Assembly (NCBI GenBank): GCA_021776175.1 | Contig: JAJFGJ010000036.1 | Span: 247,106-311,105, forward strand | DNA from: Kiloniellaceae bacterium | GTDB taxonomy: Bacteria; Pseudomonadota; Alphaproteobacteria; Kiloniellales; J153 | DNA length: 64,000 nt | Direction: 5' to 3' | Shown here: piece by piece, positions 35,771 to 45,773 of the stretch | How positions within the stretch are numbered: the stretch's first letter is position 1 | How the letters are laid out: the number at the start of each line of letters is the position of its first letter | Made by a program: the position numbers and the translations under genes | The notes under the pieces: generated by a model | What the model saw: the letters and a program-made list of their open reading frames with translations, nothing else | Told to the model about the DNA's origin: nothing | The model's database searches: none

Positions 35771-35942
35771 GGGTCAGGCCGGGATGGTCCAGATTGGTTT
35801 CAATGTCATGGTACCCAAATTGTACTGCCGTTGGAAAAGATTACCTGTGCGATAACTCATTTACTCACCTTGCTTTGCCAGGGGGTTTTAGGTGCAATGA
35901 CCGGCGTGCTTGAAGGCACGGGCATTCAAGGAGGCTGGTTTC

Positions 35943-37337
35943 ATGACCCGCGACGGGGCGATTGCGCGCGTCACCGATTATTTCGACAGTGGCGGCTTTT
36001 TCGACGATCTGGCGCGCCGGGTGGCGATCCATACGGAAAGTCAGGAGCCCTCCCAGAAGCCGGAGCTCTACCGTTATCTGCGCGAAGAGATGGTTCCCAC
36101 CCTGGAGCCGCTCGGCTTTACGTGCGAGATTTTCGACAACCCGAATGAGCGCGGCGGGCCGTTTCTGGTCGCCCGGCGGCACGAGAGCGACGACCTGCCG
36201 ACCATGATGAGTTATGGCCACGGCGATGTGGTGCGCGGCTATGACGATCAATGGCGCGCGGGGCTCAACCCCTGGGTTTTGAGCAAGGACGGCAACCGCT
36301 GGTACGGCCGGGGCACCGCCGACAACAAGGGCCAGCATTCGATCAACATCGCGGCCCTGGCCTGCGTGTTGAAGGAGCGCGGCGCCCTCGGATTCAACCC
36401 GATACTCTTGATCGAAACCAGCGAGGAGAACGGCTCGCCCGGCCTGCACGAATTTTGCGCCGCCCATAAGGATCTATTCCCCGCCGATGTTTTCATTGCC
36501 TCCGACGGGCCGCGTCTCGCGCCCGATCGTCCGACCGTTTTCATGGGTTCGCGCGGGGTCTTCAATTTCGATCTCAATGTGACCCTGCGCGAGGGCGGCC
36601 ATCATTCCGGCAACTGGGGCGGACTTCTGGCAAATCCGGGGATCATTCTGGCCCACGCCATCGCCAGCCTGACCAGTGCCAGCGGCGAAATCCTGGTGCC
36701 CGAGTGGCGCCCGCCGGCGATTCCAAACTCTGTGCGCGACGCGGTCTTCAAGCTGGAAATCGACGGCGGCGAGAACGCGCCCGAGATCAATCCGGATTGG
36801 GGCGAACCGGGCTTGAGCGCGGCTGAAAAGGTTTTCGCCTGGAACTCTTTCGAGGTCCTGGCCTTCAAAACCGGCAATCCGGAAAAGCCGGTCAACGCGG
36901 TGCCGCCACGCGCCAGCGCGCATTGTCACATTCGCTTTGTCGTGCCCAGCGATCCGGCGTCCTTCGTGCCCGGCCTGCGCCGGCATCTGGACGCCCATGG
37001 ATTTTCCATGGTCGAGATCGTGCCCGAGCCGGACTCCATGGCCGCGACCCGCCTGGACCCGGATCATCCCTGGGCGCGCTGGTCGGTCGCGTCCCTGGCG
37101 GAGACGACAGGCAAGGAGGTCGCTGTCCTGCCGAACCTGGGCGGTTCGCTGCCCAACAACGCCTTTTCGGATATCCTGGATCTGCCGACGATCTGGGTGC
37201 CCCATTCCTATGCCTCGTGTTCGCAGCACGCGCCCGACGAGCATATTCTGGAGGGCACCTCGCTCGAGGCTTTGCAAATCATGACCGGTCTGTTTTGGGA
37301 TCTGGGCGCCCCTGGCACGCCCGCGCGCGGTGATTGA
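35943..37337 (+). CDS. M20/M25/M40 family metallo-hydrolase (dipeptidase-like)
   Basis: In-frame ATG preceded by AAGGAGG (MTRDGAIARVTDYFDSGGF) inside track ORF 35910..37337. YGHGDVV, GRGTADNKGQ and ETSEENGSPG are M20 metal-ligand blocks. Confidence 0.8.
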   Translation: MTRDGAIARVTDYFDSGGFFDDLARRVAIHTESQEPSQKPELYRYLREEMVPTLEPLGFTCEIFDNPNERGGPFLVARRHESDDLPTMMSYGHGDVVRGYDDQWRAGLNPWVLSKDGNRWYGRGTADNKGQHSINIAALACVLKERGALGFNPILLIETSEENGSPGLHEFCAAHKDLFPADVFIASDGPRLAPDRPTVFMGSRGVFNFDLNVTLREGGHHSGNWGGLLANPGIILAHAIASLTSASGEILVPEWRPPAIPNSVRDAVFKLEIDGGENAPEINPDWGEPGLSAAEKVFAWNSFEVLAFKTGNPEKPVNAVPPRASAHCHIRFVVPSDPASFVPGLRRHLDAHGFSMVEIVPEPDSMAATRLDPDHPWARWSVASLAETTGKEVAVLPNLGGSLPNNAFSDILDLPTIWVPHSYASCSQHAPDEHILEGTSLEALQIMTGLFWDLGAPGTPARGD

Positions 37338-37350
37338 GGAGACCTATCCA

Positions 37351-38784
37351 ATGACTGAGTTATGCGATCTTTCCGCGGTCGAGTTGCGCCGGCAGATCGG
37401 CACCAAGGAGGTGTCCCCGGTTGAGTTGCTGGACGCTTGCATGACCCGCATCGAGGCGGTTAATCCAGCCCTCAACGCCGTGGTTGCTCTCGATATGGAT
37501 CGCGCGCGCGATGAGGCCAAGATTGCCGAAAAGGCGGTGCTGGCCGGTGAAGATCTCGGCCCCCTGCACGGCTTGCCGATAGGGATCAAGGATCTGACCG
37601 CGACCGCCGGGCTGCGCACCACCTATGGCTCGCGCATTTACGAAAACAATGTGCCCGAGGCGGACGAGCAGATCGTCGCCGATATACGCGACGCGGGGGG
37701 TATAGTGCTCGCCAAGACCAACACACCGGAATTCGGCGCCGGGGCGAATACCCGCAATGCCGTTTATGGCGCGACCGGGAATCCCTTCGGTCCGGACTTG
37801 ATTTGCGGTGGCTCCTCGGGCGGCTCGGCGGTGGCCTTGGCGACCGGCATGGTGCCCCTGGCGACGGGCTCTGACTTCGGCGGCAGCCTACGCACCCCGG
37901 CGGGATTTTGCGGCGTGGTCGGTTTCCGCCCGAGCCCGGGCACGGTGCCCGACGATCAACGCCTGGTCACCCTGTCGCCCTTGCCGGTCGATGGCCCCAT
38001 GGGCCGCAGCGTCGCCGATGCGGCGCTTTTGATGTCGGCCCTGGTGGGCCAGGATCCGCTCGATCCCTTCTCCCGCTCGCTCGATCCCGCTCTCTTCGAC
38101 GCGCCGCTAGCGCTCGATCTATCCAACCTGCGGGTCGCGATCTCGGAAGACCTCGGCTGCGCGCCGGTCGATGAGCGTATTCGCACCACCTTTCGCGCAC
38201 GCATGGGGAAGATATCCGGCTTCTTCGCCGAGTGCGGCACCCGCGACCCGGAACTCGGGCCCGTGCACGAGGTTTTCGAAATTTTGCGCGCGGTAAACTT
38301 CATCGCCGCCCACAAAGATAGGGTAGAGAAACACCGCGACATCCTGGGCCCGAACGTGCTTGAGAATACCGAGCGCGGGATGAAATACACCGCCGCCGAT
38401 CTTGCCTGGGCGGGCGTCGAGCAAGGCAAACTCTATCGCCGCTTCGTCGATATGTTCGACGACATTGACATTTTGATCTGCCCGGCCTGTTCGGTATCGC
38501 CATTCCCGCACGCGCAGTGGTCGGTCGGCGAGATCGACGGCGTGAAGATGGAAACCTACATGCGTTGGCTGGCCATTACCTATGGCGTCACCATGACCCT
38601 TCACCCGGTCGCGGTGATCCCCTGCGGCGTCGATGAACGCGGCTTGCCCTTCGGCATACAGATCGTCGGGCGTTATCAAGGTGACGCGGAACTCCTGGCC
38701 ATCGCCCATGCGCTGGAAACCGCCATGGCCGGCGACAAGGACCTCGCACGCCCAGTGCCGGACCTGGCGAAGCTCCGTACATAG
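37351..38784 (+). CDS. Amidase (amidase-signature family)
   Basis: In-frame ATG preceded by GAGGAG (MTELCDLSAVELRRQI) inside track ORF 37330..38784. It has GGSSGGSAVALATG and the KD..T...TT lysine block. Confidence 0.85.
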   Translation: MTELCDLSAVELRRQIGTKEVSPVELLDACMTRIEAVNPALNAVVALDMDRARDEAKIAEKAVLAGEDLGPLHGLPIGIKDLTATAGLRTTYGSRIYENNVPEADEQIVADIRDAGGIVLAKTNTPEFGAGANTRNAVYGATGNPFGPDLICGGSSGGSAVALATGMVPLATGSDFGGSLRTPAGFCGVVGFRPSPGTVPDDQRLVTLSPLPVDGPMGRSVADAALLMSALVGQDPLDPFSRSLDPALFDAPLALDLSNLRVAISEDLGCAPVDERIRTTFRARMGKISGFFAECGTRDPELGPVHEVFEILRAVNFIAAHKDRVEKHRDILGPNVLENTERGMKYTAADLAWAGVEQGKLYRRFVDMFDDIDILICPACSVSPFPHAQWSVGEIDGVKMETYMRWLAITYGVTMTLHPVAVIPCGVDERGLPFGIQIVGRYQGDAELLAIAHALETAMAGDKDLARPVPDLAKLRT

Positions 38785-38798
38785 AGGGCGATTATGTC

Positions 38799-40280
38799 AT
38801 GAGCCAGAAAATCTTGATCGCCGGGTTCAAGCACGAAACCAATACGTTCTCGGCATGTCCGGCCGACCTCGCCGCCTTTCGATCGCGCGGGCTGTACCGA
38901 AACGGGCAAGTCGCCGATGTCTTTCGCGGCACGCGCATCGAGATCGCCGGTTTCATGGAGGCTTGCGAGCGTTATGGCTGGACCCCCGTCTACGGCACGG
39001 TAGGCGAGGCCACGCCGTCCGGCCCGGTATCGCGCGAGACTTTCGAGACTATCGCCGGAGAGATCGTGACGGCCGCCGCCACTCATCCCCTGGACGGTGT
39101 TTTGTTGCAGCTTCACGGCGCCATGGTGTGCGAACACTTGGACGATGGCGAAGGCGCCTTGCTGGAACGCTTGCGCGCGGTTCTCGGCCGCGAAATTCCC
39201 ATCGCCGTCACCCTCGACCTGCACGCAAATGTGACCGATCTCATGGCGGACTTGGCCAATATCATGGTGTCCTACAGGACCTATCCCCACGTCGACATGC
39301 ACGAGGCCGCGAGCGAGGCCGCCGATATTCTGGCCCGTACCCTGGCCGGCGAAGTGCGCCCCAAGGTCACGGTCGCCCGCGGGCCCATGATCGATGGTGT
39401 GGATCACGGGCGGACCACATCGCCCGGACCCATGCGCGAGGTGTTGGAGAGCGCGGCGCGCTTCGAGCAGGAACCGGGCGTGCTTTCGGTGACCGTCAAT
39501 GCCGGTTTTCCCTGGGCCGATATCCAGGACGCGGGTCCCAGCGCGGTGGTGGTCGGCCATGGCGACTCGCCTCGCTATGGCGAGATAACGCAGGCTCTCA
39601 TGGCTGAAATTTGGGAGAGCCGGCATCGCAACACGGTCACCAGCGTGAGCGCGGCGGCGGCCATGGAGGCGGTGCGCCAAGCCGGACCGGGAAGCGCGCC
39701 CATAGTGCTCGCCGATTTTGCCGACAACCCCGGCGGCGGCGGTTACGGCGATGCGACCGGGCTGCTCGCCACCATGATCGAGGCCGATCTGCAAGACGCC
39801 GCCTTCGCGACCGTCTTCGACAAGGAGGCTGCCGACATCTGCCACGAGGCGGGCGAAGGGGCGCAAGTTTCGATTCTGCTGGGCGGCAAGACCGACCCCA
39901 AGTTCGGAGCTCCAATCGATGTGCGTGGCACGGTGGTGCGCTTGACCGACGGCAAATTCATCCTGGACGGGCCCATGGCCAAGGGGGGCAAGATCGACAT
40001 GGGGCCGAGCGCGGTCTTGCGCGTCGGCAGCATCGAGATCGTGGTCGCGGGCGGCCGCTTCCAGGCTTATGACCTGCAGTACCTTTTGCATGCGGGAATC
40101 GACCCGGCGAAAAAATCCGTGGTCGCGGTAAAATCAGCCCAACATTTCCGGGCCGCCTACGCCCCCATCGCGCGCGATATTATCGTCGTCGATTCGGGCG
40201 GGGGCCTGACCTCGAACGATTTCAAGACTTTGAGCTATTCCAAGGTGCGCCGCCCGGTATATCCCCTGGATATGGATTGA
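38799..40280 (+). CDS. M81 family metallopeptidase (MlrC/microcystinase-C-like)
   Basis: 493 aa. ILIAGFKHETNTFS at the N-terminus and the LHGAMV block are typical of the MlrC family. Confidence 0.8.
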   Translation: MSQKILIAGFKHETNTFSACPADLAAFRSRGLYRNGQVADVFRGTRIEIAGFMEACERYGWTPVYGTVGEATPSGPVSRETFETIAGEIVTAAATHPLDGVLLQLHGAMVCEHLDDGEGALLERLRAVLGREIPIAVTLDLHANVTDLMADLANIMVSYRTYPHVDMHEAASEAADILARTLAGEVRPKVTVARGPMIDGVDHGRTTSPGPMREVLESAARFEQEPGVLSVTVNAGFPWADIQDAGPSAVVVGHGDSPRYGEITQALMAEIWESRHRNTVTSVSAAAAMEAVRQAGPGSAPIVLADFADNPGGGGYGDATGLLATMIEADLQDAAFATVFDKEAADICHEAGEGAQVSILLGGKTDPKFGAPIDVRGTVVRLTDGKFILDGPMAKGGKIDMGPSAVLRVGSIEIVVAGGRFQAYDLQYLLHAGIDPAKKSVVAVKSAQHFRAAYAPIARDIIVVDSGGGLTSNDFKTLSYSKVRRPVYPLDMD

Positions 40281-40290
40281 GAGGCCCCCC

Positions 40291-41898
40291 ATGACTCACG
40301 GCATGATTTGTGCGCCGCAGCCGGAGGCTGTCGAGGCCGGCGCGCTGGCCCTGAAAAAGGGGGGCAACGCGGTCGATGCCGCCATTGCCTGCGCCTTGAT
40401 GCAGACCGTCGTCGATCCGCAGATGTGCGGCATCGCGGGTTTCGGCAGCTTGCAGCTTTATCTGCCCAAGCGCGGCATCCACACCATGATCGATTTTCAT
40501 GGCCGCGCGCCCGCCAAGGCCACGCCGGACATGTGGCGGGACATCTTGGAGTTCGAGTCCGAGGACGGTTTCGGTTTTATCCTCAAGGGCCGGGTCAACG
40601 ATCTGGGCTATCAGTCCGTGACCACGCCAGGCAGCCTCAAGGCCTTTCACGAGGCGCTCACCCGCTTCGGCACCCTGTCCTGGAAAGAGGTGGTCGAGCC
40701 TGCCGCCGCCCTGGCCGGGGAGGGATTCTTGATCCGGCCCCATGTCCACGAGTTCTGGACCATGAAGGAATCCTTCGGCCGGACCGATCATATCGAGCGT
40801 CTGCGCCACACCCCGGCGGGGCGGCGTATTTATTTTGATAGCAACGGCGAGGTTCTTCAACCGGGCGCGACCTTGCGCAACCCGGACATGGCGCGCAGCC
40901 TGCGGCGTATCGCGGCGGAAGGACCTGAGGTGTTTTACCAGGGCGCCATGGCGCGCGAGATCGCCCATGATTTCGCGGCCAACGGCGGCCTCCTGGGTCT
41001 TGAGGACCTAAAGAACGTCGCCACCGAGGAGTCCGAGCCTCTGTTGGGCAACTACCGGGGCTACGGGATCGCCACCAACCCGCCGCCCGGCGGCGGGATC
41101 ATGATCTTGCAGATGCTAAATATTTTGGAAAACTTCGATCTCGCGGCTATGGGGCACAACTCACCCGACTATATCCGCGTTGTGTCTGAGGCGATGAAGC
41201 GCGCGACCATCGATAAAGATGCCCATGTCGGCGATCCGCGCTTTGTCGAGGTGCCCCTCGCGCGCCTTATCGGCAAGGATTACGCGCGCGAACAGGCGCA
41301 AGCGATCGAACGCGGCGAGGTCGCCCATGTGCCGCGCCTGCAAAAAGGTCAGGACCTGAAGGACACGACCCATATCTCGGCCGTCGATGACCAAGGCAAC
41401 GCGGTCGCCATGACCCACTCTCTCGGCATGTCCTCGGGCGCGATCACCGACGGCCTCGGTTTCATGTACAACAATTCCATGGTGGTGTTCGATCCGCGTC
41501 CCGGGCAACACGGCTCCATCGCGCCGGGTAAGGCGCGTTTCACCGCCATGTGTCCGACCATGGTGTTTAAGGACGACACGCTGCGCCTCGTGGTCGGCGC
41601 GCCCGGCGGCACTTTCATCACCATGGGCGTGCTACAGGCGATCTTGAACGTGATCGATTTCGCCATGTCGGCCAGCGACGCGGTCGCCGCGCCGCGCTTC
41701 TGCACCACCAGCGATACCATCGACGTAGTCAACAGGATTCCCCATTTCGTCACGGACGAACTGGAGGCCCAGGGCTATGCGGTTCGGCGCAGCTACAAGA
41801 GCTTCAACTTCGCCGGGGTTCACGCGGTCGAGGTGCGCGACGGCAAGTGGCACGGCGGCGCCGACCCCGGCCGCGACGGCATGGCCCTGGAGGTGTGA
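40291..41898 (+). CDS. Gamma-glutamyltransferase family protein (Ntn hydrolase)
   Basis: 535 aa. It has GGNAVDAAIA and the autoprocessing and nucleophile region DTTHISAVDDQGNAVAMTHSLG. Confidence 0.85.
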   Translation: MTHGMICAPQPEAVEAGALALKKGGNAVDAAIACALMQTVVDPQMCGIAGFGSLQLYLPKRGIHTMIDFHGRAPAKATPDMWRDILEFESEDGFGFILKGRVNDLGYQSVTTPGSLKAFHEALTRFGTLSWKEVVEPAAALAGEGFLIRPHVHEFWTMKESFGRTDHIERLRHTPAGRRIYFDSNGEVLQPGATLRNPDMARSLRRIAAEGPEVFYQGAMAREIAHDFAANGGLLGLEDLKNVATEESEPLLGNYRGYGIATNPPPGGGIMILQMLNILENFDLAAMGHNSPDYIRVVSEAMKRATIDKDAHVGDPRFVEVPLARLIGKDYAREQAQAIERGEVAHVPRLQKGQDLKDTTHISAVDDQGNAVAMTHSLGMSSGAITDGLGFMYNNSMVVFDPRPGQHGSIAPGKARFTAMCPTMVFKDDTLRLVVGAPGGTFITMGVLQAILNVIDFAMSASDAVAAPRFCTTSDTIDVVNRIPHFVTDELEAQGYAVRRSYKSFNFAGVHAVEVRDGKWHGGADPGRDGMALEV

Positions 41899-42169
41899 GA
41901 TGGGCGGTGTTTTACCTCGTTTATCGCCCTTAGACTAGGCGATAGGTGATATGTCACAGTGGGTTGTTTCGGAATTTCATGGGTCTGGTTGGCGATCTAC
42001 GGCCAAGATCCGCGCCGGCGGAGGCCAAGGGGATTGACGGCGAAGTGAAACCGTCGATGGAGGCATGCCTGGGTGGCAAAAAAACGGCGATTAACCTTCC
42101 GTATATCCAGGGAATGTTGGGTAAAGATGCTACTTAAAAAAATCAAAAATGGGGCAGAGTCTCTCAATA

Positions 42170-42183
42170 TTGAACACGCTCAA
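42170..42183 (+). promoter_or_regulatory. FNR/FixK-type anaerobox TTGA-N6-TCAA upstream of ccoN
   Basis: TTGAACACGCTCAA lies at 42170-42183, centred about 142 bp upstream of the ccoN ATG in an AT-rich intergenic region. fixNOQP/ccoNOQP operons are classically FixK/FNR-activated. Confidence 0.6.
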
Positions 42184-42318
42184 CTAACTTAAAACTTTTG
42201 ACGATGGGTCGGTATTGGCCCTAGGGTGGCAATGGTAGGGCTAAATCTCGATTGCCACATGGGGAACCGAGAGGGGGGCTAGTTATTTGTTTTCTAATAT
42301 GTTTTTCCGGATGCGATC

Positions 42319-43968
42319 ATGACTGAATCTAACGACCATCGCGGGAACGGCGCGATGCGCTACCCAGTTGGCGCGGCGCTTGCCGGCGGCGCCTTGCTTT
42401 GCATCTTTATCATGGCCCGCACCGCGGACCCGGTCATGATCGTGCATGGGTTCTTGTTCCTCGCCTTTTGCGCTGGCGGCATTTATTTTCTAGTTCGGCG
42501 GACCCATGCGCTGGCGCCGGAAGGTGCCGCCGATGCGACTTACAACGATGCGGTGACGCGGACCGGGGTCATCATTTCCATGTTTTGGGGCATAGCCGGT
42601 TTCCTCGCCGGCCTGGCCATCGCCCTGCAGCTTTCGTTTCCGGCCCTGAATTTCGACCTGCCATGGACAAACTTCGGCCGCCTGCGTCCACTGCACACAT
42701 CGGCGGTGATCTTCGCCTTTGGCGGCAATGTGTTGATCACCACCTCGTTTCATGTGGTTCAGAGAACCTGCCGCACCCGCCTGGCCGGCGTGATCGCACC
42801 ATGGTTCGTACTCTGGGGCTACAACCTGTTCATCGTTGTCGCCGCCAGCGGTTATCTGTTAGGTGTCACGCAAAGCAAGGAATATGCGGAGCCGGAGTGG
42901 TACGCGGATCTGTGGCTGACCCTTGTCTGGGTGACCTACCTGCTGGTCTTCCTTGCCACCGTGTGGCGGAGGCGCGAGCCGCACATCTATGTGGCCAACT
43001 GGTTTTACCTGGCCTTTATCGTCACCGTGGCCATGCTGCACATCGTCAACAACCTGGCGGTGCCGGTATCCTGGACCGAAACCAAGAGCTATTCCCTTTT
43101 TGCCGGGGTGCAGGACGCGCTTACCCAGTGGTGGTACGGACACAATGCGGTGGGATTTTTCCTGACCGCCGGCTTCCTCGGCATCATGTACTACTTCGTG
43201 CCCAAGCAGGCGCAACGGCCGGTCTATTCCTACCGGCTATCGATTATTCACTTTTGGTCGCTGATCTTTCTCTACATCTGGGCCGGGCCGCACCACCTGC
43301 ACTATACCGCCCTGCCGCAATGGTCGCAGACCCTGGGCATGACCTTTTCGATCATGCTGTGGATGCCCTCGTGGGGAGGCATGATCAACGGCTTGATGAC
43401 TCTCTCCGGCGCTTGGGACAAGCTTCGTACCGATCCGGTGTTGCGCATGCTGGTGGCTTCGGTGGCCTTCTACGGCATGAGTACCTTCGAAGGGCCGGTC
43501 ATGGCCATCCGTGCCGTTAATTCGCTCAGCCATTATACCGACTGGACAATTGGCCACGTACATTCCGGCGCTCTGGGCTGGGTCGCCTTTGTCAGCTTCG
43601 GTGCCCTCTACGCCTTAACGCCGATCCTCTGGAAGCGGCAGCGGTTGTATTCTCTGCACCTTGTCTCCGTCCATTTCTGGATCGCCAGCATCGGCATCGT
43701 CCTTTACATAACCGCCATGTGGGTCTCGGGTATTCTTCAAGGCCTGATGTGGCGCGCTTACGACAGCATGGGCTTCCTCGAGTATTCCTTCGTCGAGACC
43801 GTGGCGGCGATGCATCCCTTCTATGTCATCCGCGCCGGCGGCGGGGCGCTGTTCGTCGTTGGAGCATTGATCATGGCCTACAACCTGTGGCGCACGGTGC
43901 GTGGCGACTTGCGAAACGAAGCTCTACCAACCGTGCGGCCGAACCCGGCCATGGCGCCGGCGGAATGA
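42319..43968 (+). CDS. ccoN: cbb3-type cytochrome c oxidase subunit I
   Basis: 549 aa, multi-pass membrane protein. It has [17 protein letters not shown], the [17 protein letters not shown] block and HHLHYT...HVH heme/Cu ligand histidines. Confidence 0.95.
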   Translation: MTESNDHRGNGAMRYPVGAALAGGALLCIFIMARTADPVMIVHGFLFLAFCAGGIYFLVRRTHALAPEGAADATYNDAVTRTGVIISMFWGIAGFLAGLAIALQLSFPALNFDLPWTNFGRLRPLHTSAVIFAFGGNVLITTSFHVVQRTCRTRLAGVIAPWFVLWGYNLFIVVAASGYLLGVTQSKEYAEPEWYADLWLTLVWVTYLLVFLATVWRRREPHIYVANWFYLAFIVTVAMLHIVNNLAVPVSWTETKSYSLFAGVQDALTQWWYGHNAVGFFLTAGFLGIMYYFVPKQAQRPVYSYRLSIIHFWSLIFLYIWAGPHHLHYTALPQWSQTLGMTFSIMLWMPSWGGMINGLMTLSGAWDKLRTDPVLRMLVASVAFYGMSTFEGPVMAIRAVNSLSHYTDWTIGHVHSGALGWVAFVSFGALYALTPILWKRQRLYSLHLVSVHFWIASIGIVLYITAMWVSGILQGLMWRAYDSMGFLEYSFVETVAAMHPFYVIRAGGGALFVVGALIMAYNLWRTVRGDLRNEALPTVRPNPAMAPAE

Positions 43969-43978
43969 GGGAGCTGTC

Positions 43979-44704
43979 ATGATCCGTCACGCCATCATCG
44001 AGAAGAACTCGATCCTCCTGCTGGTGCTAATCCTCATTGTGGTCTCCATCGGCGGCATCGTGCAGATCGCGCCTCTGTTTTACTTGGAGAGCACTATTGA
44101 AAAGGTGGAGGGCATGCGTCCCTACACGCCCTTGGAGCTGGCTGGGCGCAATGTCTATGTGCGCGAGGGCTGTTACAATTGCCATAGCCAGATGATCCGA
44201 TCCTTGCGCGACGAGGTGGAACGTTACGGTCCCTACAGCCTGGCTGCTGAAAGCATGTACGACCATCCGTTCCAATGGGGCTCGAAGCGCACAGGGCCGG
44301 ACTTGGCCCGGGTCGGCGGCCGTTATTCCGATGAATGGCATGTGGAGCACATGAAAAACCCGCGCGCCCTGGTGCCGGAATCGATCATGCCCGGCTATCC
44401 ATTTCTAGCCGAGACACCGCTCAAGGCGGCACGTATCGCCGGCGACCTGTTGGCCAATCGTGCCGTTGGCGTGCCCTATACGGACGAGATGATCGCGGCG
44501 GCATCGCAAGACCTGATCGCTCAGGCGGACCCGGAGGCGGACGGCGCCGAAGATGTTCAGGCCCGCTATCCCAAATCGCAGGTCCGCGACTTCGACCGGA
44601 ACCCGGCCATGGTGTCCGAGCTGGACGCGCTGATCGCCTATTTGCAGATGCTGGGGACGCTCGTCGATTACGACGTCTACAAACCCGAAGAGAACCTGCG
44701 GTAA
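43979..44704 (+). CDS. ccoO: cbb3-type cytochrome c oxidase subunit II (monoheme)
   Basis: In-frame ATG after GAGGGAG ([15 protein letters not shown]) inside track ORF 43901..44704. It has [13 protein letters not shown] (a CxxCH motif). Confidence 0.95.
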   Translation: MIRHAIIEKNSILLLVLILIVVSIGGIVQIAPLFYLESTIEKVEGMRPYTPLELAGRNVYVREGCYNCHSQMIRSLRDEVERYGPYSLAAESMYDHPFQWGSKRTGPDLARVGGRYSDEWHVEHMKNPRALVPESIMPGYPFLAETPLKAARIAGDLLANRAVGVPYTDEMIAAASQDLIAQADPEADGAEDVQARYPKSQVRDFDRNPAMVSELDALIAYLQMLGTLVDYDVYKPEENLR

Positions 44705-44713
44705 GGACACGTC

Positions 44714-44863
44714 ATGCTGTACGAAAACGTCGCCTCGTTCGCCGCAACCTATGGCCTGGTTTATTTCATCATCCTGTTTGCCGTGGTCGTGGCCTATGCC
44801 TTATGGCCCGGTAATAAATCCAAATTCGATCAAGCGGCCCGCCTGCCGCTGAAGGAGGACTAA
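44714..44863 (+). CDS. ccoQ: cbb3-type cytochrome c oxidase small subunit CcoQ/FixQ (49 aa)
   Basis: Below the ORF-track cut-off. My translation is MLYENVASFAATYGLVYFIILFAVVVAYALWPGNKSKFDQAARLPLKED. It has a single transmembrane helix followed by ALWPGNK..FD.AA.LPL, as in FixQ. It sits exactly between ccoO and ccoP. Confidence 0.85.
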   Translation: MLYENVASFAATYGLVYFIILFAVVVAYALWPGNKSKFDQAARLPLKED

Positions 44864-44864
44864 G

Positions 44865-45734
44865 GTGGCCAGCGGAAAAGAGGTTGACCAAACCTCGGGT
44901 ACCGAGACCACGGGCCACGAGTGGGACGGCATCAAAGAGTTGGACACACCGCTGCCTCGATGGTGGCTGTGGACATTTTACGCTTGCGTGATATGGGCGG
45001 TTGGCTATTGGGTCTTGATGCCCGCGTGGCCGCTGATCGACAGCTATACCAAGGGCTTGCTCGGCCATTCGCAACGAGCCTCCGTCGCCGAAAGTTTGGC
45101 ACAGGCACGACTGGCGCAAAGCGGTTTTGTGCGGCGCATTCAGGCTTCCAGCCTGGACGAAATCGAGGGCGACCCGGCTTTGCTCGAATTCGCCCTTGCC
45201 GGCGGCCGCTCGGCCTTTGCCGTGAACTGCTCGCAATGTCATGGCCTGGGTGCCGCCGGAGCTCCGGGTTATCCCAACTTGAACGATGATGACTGGCTGT
45301 GGGGCGGCTCCCTGGACGATATCCATCAAACCATTCATTTCGGGATCCGCTCCGATCATGACGACACGCGGGTCGGCGATATGCCGGCCTTTCTGCGCGA
45401 CGAGATCCTCGAACGAACGCAGGTCGAGGATGTGGCGGCCTACGTGTTGTCACTGTCCAAAGATGTCGAGGATGCGGCGGCGGTTGCCCGGGGCGCCGAT
45501 ATCTTCGCCGAGGAGTGCGTTGCCTGCCATCAGGAGGGTGGCGCCGGCTCGCGCGAGCTGGGCGCGCCCAGGCTTGCCGACGGGATCTGGCTCTATGGCA
45601 GTACCAACGCCACCCTTATCCAGACGATCGCCAATGGCCGCGCCAGCGTCATGCCCGCCTGGGCCGACCGGCTGGACGCGGCGACCATCAAGCAGCTTGC
45701 CATCTACGTCCACACACTCGGTGGCGGCGAATAG
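44865..45734 (+). CDS. ccoP: cbb3-type cytochrome c oxidase subunit III (diheme)
   Basis: 289 aa with a GTG start. It has HEWDGIKELDTPLPRWW and two CxxCH motifs (CSQCH, CVACH). Confidence 0.95.
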   Translation: MASGKEVDQTSGTETTGHEWDGIKELDTPLPRWWLWTFYACVIWAVGYWVLMPAWPLIDSYTKGLLGHSQRASVAESLAQARLAQSGFVRRIQASSLDEIEGDPALLEFALAGGRSAFAVNCSQCHGLGAAGAPGYPNLNDDDWLWGGSLDDIHQTIHFGIRSDHDDTRVGDMPAFLRDEILERTQVEDVAAYVLSLSKDVEDAAAVARGADIFAEECVACHQEGGAGSRELGAPRLADGIWLYGSTNATLIQTIANGRASVMPAWADRLDAATIKQLAIYVHTLGGGE

Positions 45735-45773
45735 CCGGTTCCGGCGGCGGGCTGAATTGAGGCGCCAAGGGAC

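Noticed and set aside
38676-40091. 471-aa minus-strand ORF antisense to the MlrC-like gene, and other long antisense ORFs such as 6057-6941, 10371-11393, 26689-27597, 30051-30929, 45450-46310, 56310-56984, 58584-59531 and 61645-62388
   Set aside because: Each lies fully inside a gene on the other strand that carries strong family motifs. Their translations are Arg/Gly/Pro/His-biased and show no domain I can recognise. I treat them as GC-frame artefacts.
41946-42137. 63-aa plus-strand ORF upstream of ccoN
   Set aside because: It has no SD sequence and an odd composition. It lies in the AT-rich regulatory region just upstream of the FixK/FNR box. I saw no sign of conservation or a domain.
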